Below are positions 46,101 through 58,700 of a stretch of DNA of 64,000 nucleotides, piece after piece. Made by a program: the position numbers and the translations under genes. Source of the stretch: Takakia lepidozioides (Eukaryota; Plantae; Bryophyta); contig CM060733.1 of NCBI GenBank assembly GCA_030704615.1, positions 38,998,001 to 39,062,000 of the forward strand, read 5' to 3'. Under the pieces are notes generated by a model. That model saw nothing but the letters and a program-made list of their open reading frames with translations. It was not told where the DNA came from and searched no databases. Within the stretch, counting starts at the first letter, position 1, and each line of letters starts with the position of its first letter.

Positions 46101-49100
46101 CTTTTTAAAGTCCAACATCAGCAGGGCCAGGGGTTGTTGCGCCACATTTGCCATGTGAAGGGCTTCATTTGTTAGCAAGATGTTGTCGAGTATCATCCTT
46201 CTTTTGAGGAAACTTGTTTGCTCCGGCCTTATGAGCTTGGGCAACAGAGGTTGCAGTCTCAGAGCTAGAGCTTTTGCCAGAATTTTGTATGATGAATTCA
46301 GCAATGTTATGGGCCTATAGTTGGAGAGGTTATGACGATCTCCTTTCTTGTATATGAGAGTAATGACTCCTTCCGACATTTGGGAGGGCATGATCCCTTT
46401 CTGCAGGATGTCATTGGCCATCTTCAAGAAGTCATCTCCTATGTAGTCCCACATTCCCAAGAAGAACTCCACTAGCAGGCCGTCAAGACCAAGGGTCTTC
46501 ATAGAGCTCAAGGATTCTGTTGCTTGCAGCAACTCCCTGACAGTGAAGGGCTTGGAAAGTGAAATCTGGTCAGCAGTAGACAGCAAGCAAGGAAATGAGT
46601 TGAGGACTTCGGCTCTTGGAAGTTGAGAGTCTTCATCTTGGGGCTTGGAAAAGAGGCCAGAGAAGAAAGATGCTGCCTCTTCAGCCATTTTCTTTGGTTT
46701 GGCTAGAACAACACCATCGGAGCTCGAAAGGAAACTTATCTGAGTTGCCTCTCGCCGTTGCTTTGTCTTCTGAAAGAAGTAAGCACTCATTTTCTCTCAT
46801 TTCATTGACCAGTTAACACCTGCTCTCATTCTCATAAAGTTCTCCACTTCGGCAGATAAGATGCCCAAGTTCCTTTTGGAAGTGAGATAAGAGCTCAACT
46901 TGACCGGATCCTCTCTACCATTCTCCAATCTCCTTTGACAGTGGGATAAACACTTGGTCAATGCTTTCCTCCTTCTAGTTCTTTCTAGAGCCAATGATCT
47001 GGAAAGGGCTTGAGTGAGCTTCTTTGTGGCCTTAATCTTGTGCAAAAAAGCTATGGTGGTAGACACGAAATTGTTTCCAGCCTTAGTCCAAGCCTGCTTG
47101 AGAGATTGAAGATGGTCAGCATTCTTCAAAACAGAGGGGTTGAGCTTGAAATAACCCCTCCCTCTGGAGTAAGAACCAGGAGGTGTGAATGAGACAGCGA
47201 CTGCAACATGGTCAAAATCTGGTAGAATCGGTCCTTGAGGCAGACATGTGGACCATGACAATGGGGAGTGGGAGCAATAAACCTTGTCCAGCAGTGCCAT
47301 GCTGAGATTAGGGGGAAGACGCATATTAGACCAGGTGAATTTCAAGGAATCCGCCGAGACTGAGAAGCGTCGACCAGCCCCACCGAGAAGCATAGCATGT
47401 CCCAAGCAGTTTGTTCAGAGTCAGAGAGGAGCTGCGAGGAGTGTGCCAAACGGTCATCAAAATTATCCACCATATTGAAGTCCCCCACGACCACCCAGTT
47501 GGTAATGTGTGGAAGATTAATAACTTTCTCTCGAATAGAGTCCCATAGGGCAACACGCTCCAAGGAAGATTCGGAGCATAGATGTTTAGGAAAGCAGTGA
47601 GACCAAAGCTAGAATCTGGGAGAGTAATTACACATTGCACACGGCCCTGCATCCAAATCTGCACTTCGTGGATGGAAGAAGCCATAGCAGGGGAGACCAG
47701 AATCGCTGTACCACCCCTTGAAGATGTAACAGTCGGGTTCCACCAACATAGACTTGGCTGCCAAAAAGAGTTGCCAATAGAGTTGATTTTAGGTAGATCC
47801 AACTTCGTTTCTTGAAGGAAGAAGATGACTGATGAGGATGCCAGGGAAGAGGTCCAGTTCTTAATCCTTCTACGCTTCGGTGCCGAGGTATCAGAGCCTA
47901 TACCTCGCACGTTCCAGGAATGGAATGTGCAAGTCATGGAGGGAACAGGGCGCAGCCCTTGAGCCTATGCTCAAGATTTGACGGCTGGGAAGGATGTCTG
48001 CTCCAGTGAAGAAAGAATAAGGAGATCCATAGCAAGAGAAAGCATGGGTGATTGGGTCTGGTCCATACCCACTTTTGGGATTGTAACAACTCGGCTATGA
48101 GTCTTCGAAGACTGAGAGTTTCTCCATCCCATAAGTGGGACTTGTGATTGCAGATAGAACTGTCCATCAGATGATAGAGCCAACTGGGGATGAAGCATGG
48201 TTGGAAGTGGGAGCAAATGTTGATATGTCAGGAAAGGAAATGGCTGCCATCCAGGCAAGAGGTTCGAACATAGACTTATTTCTCAGTGGGGGAGGTAGCC
48301 CTGACTGAAGTCATCAGGGATCCCCAACCTCATAAAGGATTTGAGCTTGCAGCAGAAGGCTCCCAGGTTATCCTCCTCCCCATCAGCTAGCTTGAAAAGG
48401 ACAGCTTCCGCTCTGGATCTCGCAATGAAGTTAAGTGGAGAAGCCAGTACCTCCCGGGGACTGAGAATGCGCGAGGTAGAAGGTGTAGATAAAACCCTAG
48501 GCTTCTGTGGGTGTGGCACGTCGCTTGGAGATGCCTCATCCCGAGTGCGCTGAGCGTTCGCCTGACTGTCATCTTTGGCTTGAAGAGTTGCTGCCTGGAT
48601 CTGAACAACATGCATATTAGAGCGTTGCAAGGAAGCATTCTTTGCATTTTTGTTTAGAGGATAGTCTGCCTTAATATGACCCTCCTTATGGCATAAGTGG
48701 CACAGAATATTTAGGCATTCCTCAAAAACAGAGACTGTAATGTACGAGTTATCAAGAGTTGGCAGTTTCAGGGATTCAGAGATTTTCCTCGTTCAGGCAT
48801 CCACACCACTATCTTAGGAACCCCAGAATCCCATGTTGGTTCATGGTGTCCATCTGAATCAATGCTTAAGAGATCTGCATCCTCAAAATCATTGACATTC
48901 ATGGTACCAATGAATGCTCCAAAGTAGGCCCCTATTTCAGGCAAAGAACGAAGGTAATTTCCAAGGAGGTAGGGCAATGGTATTATTCTTGGTTTACAGG
49001 TAACTCCCAACTTGTGCCCCCATGCAGACGTCCATGGAAATATGTGGACCATGTATCTTGACCTCCTGACATTAAACGGGGGCTGAAAATCCATGAGCAG

Positions 49101-50400
49101 TGAGCAGTGAGCAGGTTTTGCCGAACGTCACCGAACTGCCCGAACCTGTTTGCCGAACCACTTCCAGGTTCGGGATAGGTTCGGTTTATAGAATATTCCC
49201 ATTTCATACACTAAAAATAAAATAAAATAAAATAAACGTAGGTGCCGGCACTGTTCGGCGCCGAACAGTGCCATAGGTTCGAAAGTGGTCCGAACTGGTT
49301 CGGCATAGGCTCGGCACAGGTTCAGAAGAATATTTCTCGACAAAATATTCCTCCACATAGGCTCGGCACTGCTCGTAAAAATATTCTTTGAAGGGAGAGG
49401 GTGGGATGGCCTTGGCGATACAGGATGTGGAGTTGGCAAAGATCGTGGTACCACCGGTGTAGGTGAATCGCCATGGTGATCCATGCGGTGAGTTCTGGGA
49501 GGCTATGAAGAAGCCAGCCTTCGAACTCGCATTGAGGTGGTTCCTTTTGCACATCGAGTGGGCTGATTAGCACTTTGGCACGAAGCGGGCATATGCCCAT
49601 GAATTAGACCGCTGGTTTCCGGGCAATTGGAGTGACACAAGGGTGATGGAGATGGTGGGGCGAAACTTGAAGGACAGGAGGTACCGTGCCAGACAGATCA
49701 TTCGGAGGGCAATGGAAAAGAGGGCCATACCCAACCTTATGGAATTACACAAGTTGGCAAATCCTGAATCATGTCACCTTCCATTTGTCGCATGTGCATT
49801 ACTGAGGTGGATTCGATGCAACGTATGTGTGTAATTCACTAATTGTTGGGGGGGGGGGGCATAGGTATCGTGGGATGCACTCATTGCGGGAGAGACTGAT
49901 GCCGCAAATAAGGCCAAATTTGACCGGGCACGCGAAGCAACAATAGTCTGCCTTGACAAGCACGAATCCACACACAAGTGGGATGCCGGCGGATCCAAGG
50001 GTTTTATCTTGCGATATGTAAGTCGTACTTCCCCATGGATTTTGTTATGTCTTCTTTCTAGTTCCATCATCGTGAAGAACTGACTTTAATTTGTGGCATG
50101 TGTAGCAACGCGCGTTTGAGAGGAAGCCATCTCCGGTAGAGTACAACTACGCCAAGGAGCATGGTTGGCAATCCCTCATGAAGAACATGGCCAACACAGA
50201 GGGGATGAGTGCACTACAAGGCACTAGTATGGATGAGGTCGAGGGTCATGCCCAGAGATTGGATGAGAGCTCTGTGGGACTTAGGGGAACGCCGCCTCGT
50301 TTACGTGCTCTAGCAAAGGGCGCGGAGTCATCCACGCCCAATAGTCGCTGGCAACGACGCACGGGCGTCACTTGGCGTACCACCCGGTTGACTCCTAGGC
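43162..50400 (-). mobile_element. Decayed near-full-length L1/Tx1-like LINE retrotransposon (ORF1 + ORF2)
   Basis: ORF1 remnants with zinc knuckle CHLCHKEGHIKADY (~48660-48707). ORF2 from 47937: APE endonuclease (SWNVRG, FLQETK, NIYAPN, VVGDFN), RT (NYRPITLLN, QGCPLAP, YADDT), GGLG motif and zf CLTC..ETLEHCLITC. A-rich tail at 43162-43177. Many frameshifts; the 5' end is approximate. Confidence 0.92.
49107..49374. mobile_element. Small CCGAAC/GTTCGG-rich insertion (MITE-like) inside LINE ORF1
   Basis: Clustered CCGAAC then GTTCGG motifs, an AT-rich core, and the perfect palindrome GGCACTGTTCGGCGCCGAACAGTGCC at 49247-49272. Confidence 0.65.
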
Positions 50401-50419
50401 AGGTTAGAAAAAAAAAAGG

Positions 50420-50717
50420 GATGCGACGCCGCGCCAGCGCCCCCACCAACGCCGTCGGCGAGACGTCACTGGAAGAGGATCCTGCCATTGGCGCGGACGA
50501 CCTGAAAAACCGACGTCCGGCAGTCGCGGGAGTTGGGGCGGGGGCTCGTGACCCCCATACGTCGCATTTTTGCGACGTCATTTTGGCGACGCCCTTGCGA
50601 CTGTAGGGCGACGGCCGGGCGTCGCAAATTCTGCACCTCCCGCGTGCCCGGAAAGGGCGTTTTCCCGACGCTGCGGCGTGGCGCGTGCGTCGCAAAGGCC
50701 CCCCTTTTCCTGTAGTG
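50420..50717. mobile_element. CACTA (En/Spm) element end with subterminal repeats
   Basis: Ends in TTTTCCTGTAGTG (reverse complement CACTACAGGAAAA), preceded by many GCGACG/CGTCGC motifs in both orientations. Confidence 0.7.
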
Positions 50718-50719
50718 TT

Positions 50720-51195
50720 ACCGTCCCAACCAATGTTGGTTTGGTATCAGGTTTAAGACATCAGACTGGTCCTAGTACCAACCCCATCACAAAACTTTCA
50801 TACCAGTCTGGTCTATATAATGGTGGATGTATTTTTTTCCAGATATTGGTATGAGTATGAGTATCATGACCATAATACCAGCTGGTATGAGACTGGTATC
50901 ATTCCAAAGTCATCTTGACTTACAAATTTATCAAATATCAAGTGAAAACAAATATAATAAACATAAAGTAAATATGAATAAATACATGTATGTACACATA
51001 AATTAATATAATACACATACCAGAGTATAAAATGAGGAAGACGGTTGAGGGTACTAGTATTGTGGCTGGTATGAAAAAACGGATACCAACCTGGTCTGGT
51101 ATATGACCTGGTATGTGAAATTTAAGACCAGGCTGGTATAGTCCTTGATACCAGCGTTGATACCCATACTAGACCAACACTGGTTCCAACCCTAA
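50720..51195. mobile_element. MITE-like repeat, second copy of the PACRG-intron family
   Basis: ATACCAG/CTGGTAT motifs; matches 37290-37400 in inverted orientation. Confidence 0.7.
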
Positions 51196-51209
51196 TAGTT
51201 TCCCTGCAA

Positions 51210-51560
51210 TCACCTTTTTAAAGGTCAAATTTATTTTTCACGGAGAAGTTATTAAATCCGGATGTGATTGCCAATGGTCAACTTGTTGGAATGAATAGCA
51301 CAATTGTCTCCTTCAACGTTGAGGCTGATGGTAGAATATCCTTCATTGTTCACAAGATCGCAACGCAAATAAATGTAGCTCTGTCCACTTTTGCCAAATG
51401 TGCAATAACGGTTGAACATACAACCTTCAATTAACGCTGCATTAGTCATCTTAGTATTGATGTCATCCATCGACAGAATGGCAGCAGGTGCATGCCTCTT
51501 CATTTTACTAGGACTTGGACTCGGACTCTGTGTGGCTTGTAAGTTTGGAAGAAGAACACA
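51210..51560 (-). pseudogene. Possible OB-fold (RPA-like) gene fragment
   Basis: ALIEGCMFNRY..YIYLRCDLVNNEGYSTISLNVEG..HSNKLTIGNHIRI resembles an OB-fold strand pattern; flanked by stops. Confidence 0.3.
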
Positions 51561-54500
51561 TGGAGCCGCTTGGATTGGATTTATTTACATTGGAAGATTT
51601 TGCAGGTGATGAATCGGCCATGAAGCAAGTTGTGATAACTTATAGCCTTACATTTGTTTCACCGAACTTTCAAAACTCTAAAACTACAAAGCTCTGTGTG
51701 CAACAAATGCCTTGTGAATAGACTCATACAGTACACATATGTGATAGACAGTTTAAAGACCTTAAAATTGCCATAGTTCTGTTTCTTCAAAGTGATTGCA
51801 CAATCATTCTGTACTTCACTTGTCATCCTCACGTTCATATGTAGGTTCTAGGTTTCACATGAGTTCGGCGGTCCTCTAAGCTTACATACATTCACAGCTT
51901 AAAGTTCACAAATTTACTTACATTTGAAAAATATATGTCACTTTGCATGTACGGAGTGAGGAAATGTTGAAGCTGTGAAATTGTGCATCCAAAGCGTTGC
52001 AGTTTTGTGTGAAAAAGAACCACGTCCCGCGACAATAAGAGCATGTCATTGTTCCAAATTAGTTGCGTGGTGAACAACGTTTTTTTTTTGGGCGAATTTT
52101 CGCCAAATGGCGACCTCAAAAAATAGGAAAGAATATTCCAGAGCAAATTCCATGTTTTTTCATTGATGAAATCGACAAATTTCTCCAAAAATAATAATAA
52201 TAGTGGATGAATTTGCCAAATATGGATGATATGAATGGATGAAATTATGGATGTGGATGATTCTGTCCTAATTTGAATGGATGAACAGAATATATGCCTA
52301 ATCTCTGCAAAACTCTGTAGCCACTCGTGCTATTTTCTGAATTAAAAAAAAAAAACTCTGGTGGTGAAGAAAATGACTTTGCACAACCTGACTGAAAATA
52401 ATGGAGATGAAAATAAATTTGTTGCACATGGGAAGAACATGGAGAGGTGGATGGCAAAGGGCTCCTCGTTTCCTCCAAGTCTGTCTGTCTTGAAGGTGAG
52501 AGAGCTCAAGAAAAACTGACGTCGCGAGCTTGCAGACAAGCCAAGCTGCACCACACTACACCGTAACATGCCACCACCACACGGCACCAAGTTGTTGCAA
52601 AGAAAATGGCCTCATTTAATATTAAGGTGGCTATTTGCCACTCTATGGAGTTGCAAAACCAAAATGAATCTAACATTCAATGTGGTCTATTTTTTAGGGC
52701 TTTTCTTGGCAAAAGATTTTACCTAATAGTACGATGATTTGAACGGTTGGTGCTGTATTGAGAGATATCATGATGTCTATTGATGATCCATTAGAAACAA
52801 TAATAGTTTCATGGTACTTAACTGAAAAAAAAAACCGGAACTGCTCGACATGTGTCCTTCTATCCAAGTTTTGATGAGAAACGTGCTATTTTCATCCTTT
52901 TTTGCTATGCATAACCACTCTTTTATATTACATCCTCCCCCGCAGCCACCGTTTCATTCTCCTCCGCGGCCACCTGATTCATTAGCATGCAACTTATTCA
53001 TCCATCCGTGGATTTGCTCAAAACTTCACGTGCACACACCACGTAGAAATTGAACACAACACTTCTCATATTGGCACTAATGTAACATAACATTTTAGAA
53101 CTAACATGAGAGACTCTCATATTAGTCTATGTATTAGTGTAGTGTAGTGAGAGTTAGTAGGCTTGGGCTTCGTTTAATTGGTCTTGGACGCATTAAACAT
53201 GATGATTAATGTTTAAGGATGATGGCTTTTAAGTTGGATGAAAACAAGCATGTATCATTATCAATCGCCGTTGAACATGGATGATGCAAGATGAAACACC
53301 ATTAATATCTAACCTGAAGTGTATGTATACAAGGTTAGGTCATAATGAATTTTTGATGTATATATGTATTTTGAGTCCTACGTATTTATGACGCTTCGGC
53401 CACACACTTGGATGACCGGCTCTAACCGGAAGTTGAAACCATCAAGCCACTTCATCACATTTGAAAAGAGTTGTGATAAACTTTAATATGAGAAAATATA
53501 TTACAGGTTACGAAGCGTTGCCTTCCTCTATCAGCCTCCATGGCACTCACTTTGAGATTATCTTTTCCTCCTGTATTTTCCGGACTTCATGTCCTTATCT
53601 ATAAAGTTTCAAGGCGTCCGTCCCTCTTCTCTTAAAAAAATAGAAAAAGAAAAAGAAAAAACATCATCTGCCACATCACTCCATTTATAAATTTGAACTA
53701 TGTATGCACATCTTGTCAATCATTTAAATTACACACATAAACACCTCAATCCATATGGTTTTTCCAGTATAATTTAATTCAATTTGATAGAATCTATACA
53801 ATACAACTTACATTATTTCATCCAATAACCAACTTTAGCTACACCCAATCCGCACATTAGCCACAAATCTCACATATGGACATGTTTCCATTTTAAATAC
53901 ATATACGGTCCCAATACCTTTTACGGAATCAACCCATAATATAAGGTTAAGGGTCAACTCACCAAACTGATGCGGAGTCCCTACCCTAAAAAAAAGGGCA
54001 GACAAACAAGCAGAAACCACACTTAGTCCAACTGGTGTCACTCCCATCTGATTAACTACTAGGGCTTCTTGCAGCAATTACAACTACCATCTTCATCGCA
54101 ACGGAAACCCTCCATATGTAAAGCAGTTTTATTCGGGCCCGGTTAATTCTAGAGTGGTCCAAGAACTAGCGTGGTCTAGGAGTTAAAAGAGGGGGCCAAT
54201 GTTATAAGGCCACCTGTATTAATTAACGAAATGAAGGGTCCCAAAAAAGACGATAGAAAGGTGATAGCTATTAAATAGGGGATGGTGATACCTATTAAAT
54301 TGGGGACATGTGTCAAGTGGTGGGAGTGGGCCTAATTAGGGTCCACCAGGTGTCCCACCCTTCTAGGGGGGTTCTAGAGGGGTCCCACCGCTTGAAGGTG
54401 GGCTTCCATAAGGGTCCCACCGCCCTCACAGGTATATATAGGAGGTATATATAGGAGAGCCAGGCTCTTCCTACTTAAGTAATGACTTACTAAATTCGTA

Positions 54501-55773
54501 GCTTATTACTAGCTAGGGGGCTCTGCAGTCGCAAGCCCCAAAAGAAAAGAAAACAAGAACCATAGATCTATTAATCATAAGCTCAAATAAGGCCATCCAT
54601 ATGGGGCTAAAAGACAGTAGGCGGCCACAACCTATAAGCCAGCGACATTTTTTTGGTTGGAAACAAACAACTGGGACAAATCTTCAAATCTTTTGTGGGG
54701 AGTTTTTGTACTGTAGCCTTGATGGCTTGAAGCCCTTCATGATAATAATCATTCAGCTGTCTGCAGGCTTGAGGAGACCAAAACTAGCTCAAGAAACACC
54801 ACATAACCGAGATTAGTATTAGAATCTATTTTACTTTCTTTACATGCCCTGGTAAGGATGGCAGTAATTCTAGTATGTGGTTGTTTGCACATAAACAGGC
54901 TCAAGAATGCATCAATTCACCCCAAAAACACCTCATAGATACACTGAATATCAAGGCAGTCGAAGCACCCCTTTCAGCACCATGGGAAGGCTTTGTTGGC
55001 TCCGACAATGAAGGGAAAGACTACAAATCCATTCCACAAGGTTTCTTTAATCCTGCCTCTCCTGTACCTGTAAATAGAAATCGCAGAAATCCAGAATCAC
55101 AAAGGTTTATAATTCTCATTGGTCTTTCATTCTCAAAAAGTTTGACAACCACGTGTAGGCCAAAAAGTTTCCCCTGGTGTCTCATGACGAAACCATGTTG
55201 AAGAGGAAGAGTCACAACAAGGAACTTTAATTTTGGTTGCACTTGAACTACAAATAACTTGCTTGGTCAACAACTGACTTTAGCTGAATGAACTGAAAAC
55301 CCAACACTCCACAAAGAATTGTCAACAAATTTACTCTGGTCACAACCCAGTGCACCAGAAAAGAGTGCGCAGAACGGATGAATGAGAGTGGACGAACGTA
55401 ATGCTCATTGCTGGAGAGCCAAAAAGCTTTGCATAAAATCAGATGAAAGAAGATCAAGACCACAGACTGCTATGGCATGTAGTTCCCACTTCCCTTCACT
55501 GTCAAAAATCTAGTCCCATGGTAGTCATGATACGGTACACTTTCACAGAACCTACACGAAGAGAGACAAAAGAACCTATTACTGTTTCCGAAGATAACAT
55601 GAGCCTACCAAATTTGGTCAATTTGCACCTTGCTGGAAAATTCTCGAACGGAAGTGGCATCAAGATCCGTGATCCCTCTCAATTCAGAGGTAAAAATAGA
55701 GAATATACATGACACAGAAAATGACAAACAGGTACACAAACTGCCACAGGATCAGACAAGGGGCAAACGGAGG

Positions 55774-58700
55774 TTAATCAATAGGGTGCTTATCAACACG
55801 GCGGGAGGAGTAGTGTGCTGATAGAAGCAAAAGAGAACAGAATGCACTAGCGACGAAAATGGCATCAAACCAGCGATGGTAAAAGTTGAACTGAATGTCC
55901 CCACCCAACACGTCTGTCATGATAAGCCTGCATCCAGTGTGGCAACATGTCAATATCGCTCTTATGGATCTCAATTCAGACAATTTTTTTTTTCAAGTAC
56001 TGCACAGTCAAATAAAATGGCGCTAAAAAAAACAGTAAGTAGGAAGCCCCTTGACAAGTGGGTGACTTATGGTGTGATCACTTCACCCCCAAAGGGCTCT
56101 GAAGGTGGGCACATTCTAACCGCCGTAACCGGGACAATGCGGTTGCCTATCCCTCCCCCAAGGACTTGAAGGTCCCCAGGTACCCACACATTAGGTAACT
56201 GGTTGACCCAGGTACCCCCCTTTTATAGCTGGGTTGGATATAATGGGTGACATCCAACATACACCTATGTGGCTTTGAACCCACAACCACATGTAAGGCG
56301 GCCTTGTGCCCTAACCACTGGGCGATCTGTTGGATGCTTGATGGAGCAAACACAGCTATTAAAGTCGCTCATTGAGACTAACATTGAAACCACCGGGAAC
56401 ACAATATATAGGAGGGTTCATCAATGCCCATCTGAGAGTCTCTTGCAGCATGCGACAGATTCACTGTAAAAGCGATGCTGGTCACTAAAGCATTCCTGCT
56501 GAGAGAAATTGACCATAGAACCGGCCCGCCCTGGACAAAACGGAATTAGGTAGATGGGGGATTGGGACAGGAGAGCAGAATGGTGTCCAGGAGCATCCCC
56601 ACAGGCTTCATCCAGCCCTTATAAAGACTAAACTGGCTATCCAGATTTTCAAAATATTGGCCTTGGCCTCAATCTCTTCCACTGACATTCTATAGAAGAT
56701 CTTCCTTCAGCTGCTGAAAGGCTACAAAAGTTCATCTACACTCTTCTACCATACTGTGTATGTTTAAAGGAAGATCTAGACAGCTCAAGGTATAAAAAGA
56801 TGTTAGTCAGTCTTGAAAGGAAGTAGATTCTTCCCACTGGACAGAGTCAACAATCTTTTGGCTTTGTCTCTTCCATTCAGGCTTTGAGCTCACCGTTAAT
56901 GTGTCTCTTCTAATCCAAATCAGGCACTCTGGATTCATCTCAGGCAAGGCACTAGGAAGTCTGGAGGAAGCTGCCGATATGCACCGAGCTGTATAGCTTC
57001 GAGACACTGCCTCTGCTTGGCCATTTGTGGATTCATAGTGGCCTAAGAACCTGAAGCAACATAGACCTCCTCACTGGTATTCCTTCTGCCCATTCCAACA
57101 ATACTTCTAAGTGTGGCCCTCACCTGCAATGCTCAGAGACTGAGAGTCATAGGAATACATAAGTGGGAAAATTTGAGTGCTCCAGTCTCTTTACATTTGC
57201 TAATAAACCCACAGAAGAGGAAATGAAATAAAATGAAAATGAAACTTTCTAATGACCGCAGAAAGCTCAAAGAGCTTATGGAACGGAAGGAAAGCAAGAA
57301 ACAAGAAAGAATAAAAGACAAGGAGCGAAGCCAGAAGCAGCAGTTGATTGTGACTGCTACACCCCAAGGGCCCAGAGGGCACAATTAGAATACAGAAAGA
57401 CACAAAGAGGAAGAAGAAAGGGAAAATTAGAGGGCAGATCCCAAACCACTCAACTAGTCCATTGCCTACAAAGTCAGCTATAGGAACTCCCACCAAAACT
57501 TGAGTTTTGATCATGACCTACCTGTATTCAATAGCCAGGCTCTTTCTGATGAGGAGTATAGATGCCACAAAGTACATGCCCATTATCTCTGCCAGAAACA
57601 GAACCACGTTGCTCGATGTGTTGTTGCTGCCATTCCCAGAAACTGCGAAGAAAAACTGCAGGGCACCCAGAGAAAATTTCCAGATCGATTCAGATATGAG
57701 TAAGGATACACCTTCAACTACAATTTCACAAGGGATGCACTGGTAGTCAGCCCATCAATTAGTTGCTGTTTCATATCAGGAGGTCAGACCACATACAAAT
57801 GATTTGTGAGAATGCACTCCACTACATTCCTCTGGATTAATGATGAGAGTCAGGTGGAGAGGCACACCTTCATCAGATTGGAAAGAAAACCTCGGAGAGA
57901 GATGGAAATCAACATGCCAATGAAAAGGAGAGATATGTACTGCAACAATCAACATACAAACCATATCAAATTTTTGATGCCACTGCCTTCTGTACCATGG
58001 TACACTCACATGTCAGTCTTTTACCCCTCTGAAATAGTGCTACTTGGGCCTCCCTTCTATGCAAAGCAGTAATAAGGAACATGATTGTTTTCATTTCCCA
58101 GCCTTATATGTGAAATAATCTTGAGACTGTTTAGCCCAAGCCTATCTGTTTCCTGTCTAAAAGTTATGCAAATGACACCCAGTGTACAATGTAACTTCTA
58201 TGGATCAAATTGTTATAAGGCAATATCACAGAATTTTTTCAGTGTGTATCCATGTACGAAGAGAGTAAGAACAGATCTTAGTGCAAAGTAGAATCGATAA
58301 CTAACAAAACTAATGTCTTAGTGAGTGGATAGAACTACCAAAAGGGTAAAGGTGGCACACCTGAGACCAAAGAGTGAGATTCATGCCGATGTCAAAAGAT
58401 TCCAAAATGACGCCGATTGTTTTCGTGACAGGATCCACACTGTTTGAACTAGACTGCTCTCATACAAGCCACCAACTACTCTTTTCAGCAGATGCTGAAC
58501 TTATAAAATCTGGTTAGTATTGTAACTTTGACCCTTACTAACAAACCAACAGTATGGCACTTTGTTCAATTCCATAACTGCCTACACATCGGTGCATCCT
58601 TGGGCCCCGTCCTTTTCCAGTTACTTAAGACTGAGAACAGTCCTCCATCCACAAGGAGATGACATCGACAATTTAGAATCCAACTATATGTGTATTTATA

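Noticed and set aside
50212-50221. CACTACAAGG as the left TIR pairing with the CACTA end at 50717
   Set aside because: The match is short and the 3-bp flanks differ (GTG versus TTA).
54560-57170. Possible degraded LINE fragments 3' of GTG and in its last intron
   Set aside because: Only vague motif resemblance; too decayed to support by eye.
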